From an uncultured Spirochaetota bacterium (lineage in GTDB: Bacteria; Spirochaetota; Spirochaetia; SZUA-6; Fen-1364), in assembly GCA_963781885.1 (NCBI GenBank), contig CAWAHW010000002.1:512001-576000 (forward strand): a DNA stretch of 64,000 nucleotides, given 5' to 3'. Both the position numbers and the translations under genes were made by a program. Shown here piece by piece: positions 56,708 through 64,000 of the stretch. How positions within the stretch are numbered: the stretch's first letter is position 1; each line of letters begins with the position of its first letter. A model generated the notes under the pieces. It saw nothing but the letters and a program-made list of their open reading frames with translations, did not search any database and had not been told where the DNA came from.

Positions 56708-58461
56708 ATGCAAGAGCGCACGCAACGGACCGCGGCACGCGCGGCGGCAGCAATTCGCCAAGCCCGGATCTCTGGGACAGGGTCCGTGAAAGCGTCATCG
56801 GCCGCAACGCATCGCTTCTGACACCGTTCGGAAGAAGACGCCTCACGTATGCCGACCACACGGCGTCGGGACGCGCGGTCACGTTCATCGAGGACTACAT
56901 ACGGGACGTCCTGGCCGAGTACGGAAACACGCACACGGAGGACGACGCCACCGGGACCATCACCTCCGAGAGGCTGCGCGAGGCGGAGGCGTCTATCAAG
57001 CGTCTCGTGCACGCGGGGCCCGCGCACAAGATCATCTGCGTGGGCGCGGGGACGACTGCCGCCGTCCATCAGCTCCAGCAGATACTGGGAATCTACCTGC
57101 CGCCGGCGGGCAGGGACATGTTCGACAAGCTCCTGAAGGCGGGCCTTCCCGCCGCGGACGGCGCGCTGCTGCGCGAGCGTCTGGAGGCGGCCCGGCCCGT
57201 GGTCTTCGTGGGCCCGTACGAGCACCATTCGAACGAGGTCTCCTGGCGGGAGTGCTTCGCTGAGGTGGTCGAGATCGAGCTCACGGCTGGCGGGCTCGTG
57301 GACCTCGACGATCTGCGCGCCAAGGTGGCGCGGCCGGTCTACGCGCAGCGGCGGAAGATCGGCGCGTTTTCCGCGGCATCGAACGTCTCAGGGGTGAGGA
57401 CGCCGGTCCGCGAGGTCGCGCGCATCCTGCACGAAGCAGGAGCGCTTGCATTCTTCGATTTCGCCGCCAGCGCGCCGTATGACGTGGTCGATATGAGCGA
57501 TGCGAGCGGCCCTTTGGACGCCGTCTATTTCTCGCCGCACAAGTTTCTCGGGGGGCCGGGGAGCTGCGGGGTGCTGATCATCCACGAAAGCATCTACCGC
57601 GCCGACCTTCCGCCCACCGTCGGGGCCGGCGGCACGGTGGACTTCGTGAACTTTGACGGCCAGGCCTACAGCCCCGACATCGAGGTCCGGGAAAAACCCG
57701 GCACGCCGGGCATCCTCCAGACGCTCCGAGCCGCGCTCGCCATGGAGCTGAAGGAAGCGCTCGACCCCGCGCGGATCGCCCGGCGGGAGGAGGAGTTGTG
57801 CCGGCGCGCCCACGCGCGGCTTTCGGCGCATCCGGCCATCGACCTGATCGGCAATGTGGCACCCGAGCATCGGCTGCCCATATTCTCCTTCAATATCCGG
57901 GTGGGCACCTCGTGGCTGCACCCGCGTTTCGTGGCGACGCTCCTGAACGACCTCTTCGGCATCCAGAGCAGGGCAGGATGCTCCTGCGCCGCCCCGTACG
58001 GGCATCGCATCCTCCACATCGACACGCGCACCTCCCAGGAGCTTCGCCGCTCCATCATGCGCGGCAATGTCGGCCTGAAGCCGGGCTGGGCGCGCGTCAA
58101 TTTCCATTTCCTCCACGACGACGCGGAGGTGGACTTCATCTGCGATGCGATACTTTTCATCGCCGACCACGGGAAGCGCTTCCTGCCCTTCTACAAGTTC
58201 GATGTCCACACCGGCACCTGGCGGCATGTGGGCAGTGTGCCGGCCCCCAGGGCCTTCGGTATCCAGGCTGCCCTTGACGGCGCGCGGGCCGAAGATGCGC
58301 ATGACGCGCCGGAGCCCGACCTCGTCCGGCTGTTCGAAGGCTATCTCGAAGAAGCTGCCGCGCTCGTCGAAGCGGGTAGCACCTCCTGGCGGGACGATGA
58401 GCTGAAAAAGACCGAAGAAGACCTGATACCATTCGTCTACATGGGAGACGATGCACGGTGA
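56708..58461 (+). CDS. Aminotransferase class V / cysteine desulfurase-like PLP enzyme (apparent N-terminal frameshift)
   Basis: The frame of ORF 57007 extends upstream through YADHTASGR and YGNTHTE; it also has EHHSNE, SNVSG, SPHKFLGGPG, RAGCSCA and KPGW. The ATG at 56708 with GAGGAGG RBS is out of frame. Confidence 0.82.
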
Positions 58462-58530
58462 GCCCGCTTCCAACACCCTCCACAGGCTCGGAGCAACAGC
58501 TCCCAATGGATCGATTGACGAAAGGAGAAC

Positions 58531-59875
58531 GTGATCATGGCAGGATCGATGCTTTCATTCCCCCCTGGCTTTCTCTGGGGCACGGCCTCCGCCGGCTATC
58601 AGGTCGAGGGCGGCAACACCACGTCGGACTGGACGGACTGGGAGAATGAGCCGGGGAGGATCGCTGCGGGCCAGAAGTCGGGGCGCGCCTGCGATTGGTG
58701 GTCGGGCGAGCGCTGGAAAGAGGACTTTGACAGAGCCGCTGCCGACGGGCAGCGCACGCACCGGCTGTCGGTGGAATGGAGCCGCATCGAGCCCGAACCG
58801 GGCAAATGGGACATGGACGCCCTGGATCGCTACCGGCGCATGATCGTCGGGCTGCGCGACCGGGGCATGGAGCCCATGGTGACGCTCCATCACTTCGTGA
58901 ACCCGCGCTGGGTCATGGAGCGTCAGGCGTGGGAGTCTCCCGCGATCGTGCCGCTCTTCGAGGCCTACACGCGCAAGGTCGTCGCGGCGCTGAAAGACGT
59001 TGTGAAGCTCTGGTGTACGATCAATGAGCCGAACGTGCTGATGCTCTCTGGTTGGGTGGAGGGAAGCCACCCTCCCGGCAAGAAGAAGCTCGGGCTTGCG
59101 ATGGAGGTCGCGCGCAACATCCTGCGCGCCCACGCCGCCTGCTACCGGGCCATCCATGAGCTGCAGCCGGATGCGCAGGTCGGGCTTCCCATCCATTTCC
59201 GTCCCCTCACGGCCGCGCGATCTTTCTTCCTGGACCGATGGGTGGCACGCAAGCAATTTGACCTTTTCAGCTCGGTTTTTCCCGATGCCATCCGCACGGG
59301 ACGCGTCCGCGGCATCCTCGGCTCAACGGCGGTGCCCGAAGCGAAAGGGACGATGGATTGGTTCGGTCTCAACTATTACACGGCGGATGTCATCACCTTC
59401 GACCTGCGCAAGCCGGGCCAGCTTTTCGGAAGCCGCGCATTTCCCCCGGGAGCAGAGTTGGACGAGGCAGGAGAGTTCGCGTACTACCCTGCCGGGCTTG
59501 CGTGGTCGCTGGATTGGGTGCGGCGAACGCTGGGCCTTCCGATCTACATTACGGAGAATGGCTTTGGCGACAGACAGGATACGATGAGGCCGCGCTACAT
59601 CCTCGGCCATTTGCGGGAGGTCTGGCGTCATATCCAGGCGGGGGGAGACGTGCGGGGCTACTATCATTGGTCGCTCATCGACAACTTCGAATGGGAACGG
59701 GCCTGGACGCACAGGTTCGGGCTGTACGCGATGGACCCGGAAACCCTCGTGCGGACCCCGAGAAAATCCGCCCGCCTCTATGCCGAGAATCTGCAAGGCG
59801 GACGGCATCTCCCCTGAGATGGTGTCACGCTATGCCCCCGAGCTGGCGGAGGGCTTTTTCGAAGACGTGAAATGA
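58531..59875 (+). CDS. Glycoside hydrolase family 1 beta-glycosidase (apparent C-terminal frameshift near 59788)
   Basis: FPPGFLWG, YQVEG, TINEP (acid/base), ITENG (nucleophile), DNFEW. Removing one A gives YAEICKADGIS..EDVK* ending in an ATGA overlap with the next gene. Confidence 0.88.
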
Positions 59876-60684
59876 AAAGCAGGGCCACGTCGAGGGATTG
59901 GCTCCCTCTTGCACGGGGACGCAGGGGCGCGCAGGAGGTCCCGACGGGCGAGGCATTCCGCCCGGAGTGGATCGATTTCGAGCGGGGCATCCGCGTGGGC
60001 AATCTCCAGCCGCATGAGCGCATCACGCAGATCCTCAAGCACCGGTTGGAGGACGACCATGGCACGGGCTTCGTGACGGACCGGTGGGGCCGCGGGGTTT
60101 ACTGGCAGTGGATCTGCTGGCTGCCGCGCGCTGACCGCGAGGCAAAGCCTGTATCGAATACGATCAACTTCGGCTGCGCGAAGCTCTACATTTCGGTCGA
60201 TCGTTCGCTGCGCATCTTCCAATGCGGTCTTGCCGTCGAACGGGGATTCGCCGGCGGCACACCCTCGTTCCCGGGCATCCTCCTGCAGCCGGACTGGGAC
60301 TGGCACCGGCTCATGAAGCAATGCGCTGACGGCACGGCCGTGGACGTCGAGCTGCGCCGTCTGGTCAACCGCGAAGGATTCACGGCGGCCATTGTCGGCG
60401 CCGGCGGCAGGACCTGGACGGGCAAAGAGCTCACCTCGGCGCGCCAGATCCGGGAGGCGGCGCGCAAGGCTCCCCGCGACGCCTGGAGCGGCTTCGACGT
60501 GTACTATCCGATGCCGGAATCCGAGGTGCGCGCCGCCAGCGGCTTCGATCTCGTGCAGGGCATCCTCGGCGCGTTCGCCGAGGTGGTGCCGGTCATGAAC
60601 GCCTGCATGCAGGTGACCCTCGCGTCCCGGGCTATTTCTTCTGGGCCCGGATCGGCGACTCCTTCAGGAAAGACGCGAGGATAA
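59872..60684 (+). CDS. Hypothetical protein
   Basis: 270-aa ORF with protein-like composition (Trp-rich WGRGVYWQWICW), coupled to GH1. Confidence 0.6.
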   Translation: MKSRATSRDWLPLARGRRGAQEVPTGEAFRPEWIDFERGIRVGNLQPHERITQILKHRLEDDHGTGFVTDRWGRGVYWQWICWLPRADREAKPVSNTINFGCAKLYISVDRSLRIFQCGLAVERGFAGGTPSFPGILLQPDWDWHRLMKQCADGTAVDVELRRLVNREGFTAAIVGAGGRTWTGKELTSARQIREAARKAPRDAWSGFDVYYPMPESEVRAASGFDLVQGILGAFAEVVPVMNACMQVTLASRAISSGPGSATPSGKTRG

Positions 60685-61852
60685 CGGCAACAACGGTCAG
60701 GCCCGCCAGTGTCAGGAGCGATCCGCTCATCGAGCCCGACGGCGCCTTGAAGGCGTCCATGCCGAAGATGAACACGATGCCCGAGATCTGGCCCATGACG
60801 ACCATGAGGGTGTTCGACGTTCCCTCGGGGGCCGGCAGCGTCATCTCCGCGCCGTACTGGAAACCGATGGGTCCCGCGCTCAGGAGGAACAGCCCGAAGA
60901 CGAACGCCGAGGCGAGCAGCAGCCACCACGTCGTGGCGAATGTGAGGCCGATGAGCCCCGGCAACAGCCCCGCGAGTGCAAGGATGATGAATGGCTTGCG
61001 GCGGCGGATCGAATCGGAGACCAGGGGAATGACAATGGCCCCGATGATGCCGCCGATCAGCATGATGCCGCCGGCAAGACCCGCCTGCGCCGTGGTGAAA
61101 CCCCGGGGACCGACGATCTCTTCGATCCAGGTCGTCACGCCGTTGAACATGCCCAGCCCGATGAAGAAGATCACGAGCAGGAGGATGAAGTCCCTCTGCT
61201 TCATCATGTGCCGCAGCCCGTCGAAGACGAGCGCGCGCGCTTCCTCTTCCTTGGGGCCGGGAGGGGTCGGCGGGTGCTCGCGCGCGACGATGATGAAGAA
61301 CACGGCGGCTGCCACCGCGACGAAACCGTTGATCAGGAGCATCTCCTGCATGCCATAGGCGTTCATGAGCATGGGCGTCACGATGAGCGCGGCCAGTATC
61401 CCCAGGTAGATCGACAGCGTGCCCAGCCCGACGGCGGTGCCCCGTTCGCCCGCGGCGAACCATCGACCGCAGAGCTTCGTGATCGCCCCGACGATCAGCG
61501 GCTGTCCCACCGCGATGCCGATCTGCGAAATGAAGACAAGCGTGAAGTTGTTCGCGAACACGCCGCGGGTGACGGCGAAGATCGCCGTGAGCGCCGCGCC
61601 GAGGGAAACCGAGCGGCGAAATCCCCACGAATCGATGAGGAGCGCGCTGGGCAGGAATATGAGGATGTAGACGGCCATGAAGATCAGGGAGAGAAGGCCG
61701 ATGGCGATGTCGGAGGTCCCATAGAACTTCATCGCGTCGCTCGTGATGGGAGCGAACGTGATCCAGAGGCCTTGGTTCATGGCCATGACGAACATGAAAG
61801 CAACCAGGATCAGCCACCGATAACCGTACGTCCGAACGGCCCCGACTTCCAT
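60632..61852 (-). CDS. MFS transporter
   Basis: About 12 hydrophobic segments; DSWGFRR, WFAAGERGTAVG, SDSIRRRK. Confidence 0.88.
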   Translation of the reverse strand: MEVGAVRTYGYRWLILVAFMFVMAMNQGLWITFAPITSDAMKFYGTSDIAIGLLSLIFMAVYILIFLPSALLIDSWGFRRSVSLGAALTAIFAVTRGVFANNFTLVFISQIGIAVGQPLIVGAITKLCGRWFAAGERGTAVGLGTLSIYLGILAALIVTPMLMNAYGMQEMLLINGFVAVAAAVFFIIVAREHPPTPPGPKEEEARALVFDGLRHMMKQRDFILLLVIFFIGLGMFNGVTTWIEEIVGPRGFTTAQAGLAGGIMLIGGIIGAIVIPLVSDSIRRRKPFIILALAGLLPGLIGLTFATTWWLLLASAFVFGLFLLSAGPIGFQYGAEMTLPAPEGTSNTLMVVMGQISGIVFIFGMDAFKAPSGSMSGSLLTLAGLTVVAVILASFLKESPIRAQKK

Positions 61853-61985
61853 GACACCCCGCTTTCTCCGGCTCAGATGCCGGCTATTTATTGCCCCCGC
61901 CCGCGGGCGAAGACGCCCAAGTATGAGCTTTTCGGTCAGATTTGTCCAGATTTTCGATCCTTGAGGGACAAAAGGGCGGCGCGGA

Positions 61986-63172
61986 TCAGCTTCCTGCGTC
62001 GCCCGCAGGCCTCCGGTTGCGGACGAGGCGGACGGTGACGACCGTCAGGACAACAAGGAAGCAGTTGAGGCCGAGGTAGAACCAGAAGCCGCCGTGAATG
62101 CCGACAGTCTGCGCAAGGAGCGACATCAGGAAGGGGAAGACAATGGATCCTGCCGCGCCACCGGTTGCGACGGAGCCGACGGCGACGCCGGTCTTGTAGT
62201 AGCGCCCCACGACCGTCATCAACAGGGGATAGAAACCCGAGAAGCCCAGGCCCGTGAAGAAAAACGCGATGATGACCGCCACCGCGGAATGGACCAGCAG
62301 GACGATGAGGAGCATGGCCGCGGAGAACGAAGTCAGGCCGAGCATCAGCATTTCCTGCCGCCTGCCCTTGTACCAGAAAGAGACCGCGAGCCTGCCGACG
62401 AGCAGGCCCACCCAGACCACGGCGACGGCGTATGCCCCCTGCGAGGCGGCGGATCCCAGCACCTGCACGAAGAACACGGAAGACCAGGAAAAGACGCCGA
62501 TCTCCGTGCCGACGTACACGAAGAGCGCGAGGATGAGGATGATGAGGAGGGGCTCACGCACGAGACGCAGTCCCGGCTCCTTTCGCTTTCCGCTCACCGG
62601 CCGGGGTGCGGGAAATGCGCGATCCCGAAAAGGACCGCGATGATGATGAGGAGGATGCCCGCGGCGAGAAAAACGGCGAGCATCGATACACCCGCGCCCG
62701 AGACGTAGCCGACGGCCGCGGGCCCGATGATCGCCCCGACGCAGAACGCCGCGTGGAGCAGGTTCATGAGCCTGCTTTGGCCGTTTCGCTCGATATGGAT
62801 GATCTCCAGATTCGCCGTCACCTCCATGGAGCCCTGGCAGAGACCGATCGCGAATGCGAAGGCGAGGTTGGGCCAGGGGGAGGGGACGCGGCCGAACAGC
62901 GAGACACCGATGGCCCCGGCGACAAGGCCGACCACGATCACGACCTTCGCCGGGACGCGCTGGATGATGACGCCGCTCAGGAATGCCGAAAGCAGGTACC
63001 CCACGGCGCTTCCCGCCAGCACGATGCCGGTGACCGTGTATGACCAGTGATAGTCGCGGATGAGCTGGGGGAGTGAGGCGCCGGCGATGGTGAAGATCAT
63101 GCCGAAGCCCATGAAGCCCGCGAGGAAGAGGACGTAGAGGCGGCGGCTTGCCGCATCGAGTTTTCCGATCAT
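61986..63172 (-). CDS. MFS transporter, FucP/TsgA-like (apparent frameshift near 62590)
   Basis: N-half (GASLP, LMNLLHAAFCVGAIIGP) and C-half (FVYVGTEIGVFSW, GFYP) are in different frames. Confidence 0.78.
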
Positions 63173-63282
63173 GTGTGTTTCTTCCTTCATAAGCGAACGG
63201 AGCGGCAAGGTCAAGCGCCATGGGTCGCCGATGAAAGACCACGGTCGTGACCGAATGAGCCGCGGTTGAGTTATGTCCGGAT

Positions 63283-63298
63283 TTGTGATATATCAGAA
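63283..63298. promoter_or_regulatory. Near-perfect 16-bp palindrome TTGTGATATATCAGAA, candidate operator
   Basis: 7 of 8 pairs match; lies in the divergent intergenic region between the MFS and cytochrome genes. Confidence 0.45.
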
Positions 63299-63338
63299 CT
63301 TGACCTTCCGAAATCCTCGAGGAGTCAGGATCCACCAG

Positions 63339-64000
63339 ATGTTGCGCGCGAGGCGTGTTCTGCTCTGCGGCATCACCATGACGCTCATTGTCCTGGGGTT
63401 GCCGTCGTATGCCCAGAGCGATGCCACGTCCGCGGCCTCGTCGCAGGCCTCCACCAGGTCGGCGCCGGCGCCGACCGCCCCTTCTTCGAAGACTCCCGCG
63501 TGGACAAGGGTGCACAGGGTCGATGATTTCGTGACGGCGGGGGACATTCGCTCGGGCACCGTCCTCTCCGACGCGGACGCGCCGGTTGTCGTCTTCTCCC
63601 ATGGAAGCCACACCGCCGCGGGCGTGAGCTGCGAGCAGTGCCACCACACCGGCGTGCAGGGCTTCCAGGCGCCCGCCTGTGCCTCGTGCCACAAGGGAGC
63701 CGCGGCGGTGGACGTCATGCACGCGGCATGCATCACCTGCCACCAGCGCACAGGCTCAGGCCCGGTGAGCTGCAACGACTGCCATACGGCGCGCCAGACG
63801 AGCCTTGCCGGCGTCTACCGCTTCGAGCTTTCCGACGTCGTCCGGGGGCCGCTGTTCATCGCCGCGTGGGCGCTCTTCGTTCTGGGTTTCGCGTGGCGCA
63901 TCCTTCAGTTCAGCCGTCTCACGCGCGCAACCCGTTCGCGCCTCACCGCGCCGTTGCCGTCGGTTTCCGCGGAGTGGAGCGGCGCCGCCAACGATCGCGG
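63339..64000 (+). CDS. Tetraheme cytochrome c3-like domain followed by a membrane segment (TmcC/HmcE/NarI-like start); runs off the window
   Basis: Translated by hand from ATG 63339: signal peptide, VVFSHGSH, CEQCHH, CASCH, MHAACITCH, CNDCH, then VRGPLFIAAWALFVLGFAWRI. Confidence 0.8.
   Translation, partial: MLRARRVLLCGITMTLIVLGLPSYAQSDATSAASSQASTRSAPAPTAPSSKTPAWTRVHRVDDFVTAGDIRSGTVLSDADAPVVVFSHGSHTAAGVSCEQCHHTGVQGFQAPACASCHKGAAAVDVMHAACITCHQRTGSGPVSCNDCHTARQTSLAGVYRFELSDVVRGPLFIAAWALFVLGFAWRILQFSRLTRATRSRLTAPLPSVSAEWSGAANDR

Noticed and set aside
63283-63298. Rex or CRP site
   Set aside because: The TGTGA/TCAGA half-sites are 4 bp apart rather than 6; kept only as an unassigned palindrome.

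Overview
GC-rich bacterial window, probably from a Spirochaetota genome (inferred from an orphan FliG paralogue, a long Borrelia/Treponema-type thymidine kinase and a spirochaete-style lipoprotein). It has three parts. (i) A minus-strand phenylacetate-CoA ligase / ACT / Liv-type ABC cluster split into two halves (1.4-8.6 kb and 36.0-39.6 kb). (ii) Between the halves, a ~27 kb sugar-acid catabolic island: UxaE-like epimerase, transaldolase, several SDRs, a sugar ABC transporter, two eda-kdgK pairs, a DHDPS-family aldolase, three UroD-fold proteins, FAH, YhcH, E1a/E1b/E2 without E3, LDH2, GntR and a UlaG-like protein. (iii) Housekeeping and miscellaneous genes: asnS, fliG-like, AKRs, yyaL, tRNA-Phe, glpK, tdk, a PHP-UvrD fusion, GH1, MFS transporters and a tetraheme cytochrome c3 fusion. 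The main find is an intact ISNCY/IS1202-type transposase homologue inside the island (17382-18542). It appears to have lost all three DDE residues, shows no terminal repeats and is wired into the operon. Six copies of a non-palindromic 17-bp motif GGACAWTTCWAWMGAGT lie in the island's intergenic regions, mostly about 60 bp upstream of predicted start sites, and resemble (from recall) the transposase-binding repeats of such IS ends. Hypothesis: a domesticated transposase acting as the island's transcription factor. At least nine genes between 29.5 and 62.6 kb carry apparent frameshifts, most likely assembly errors. No CRISPR array or rRNA was seen.
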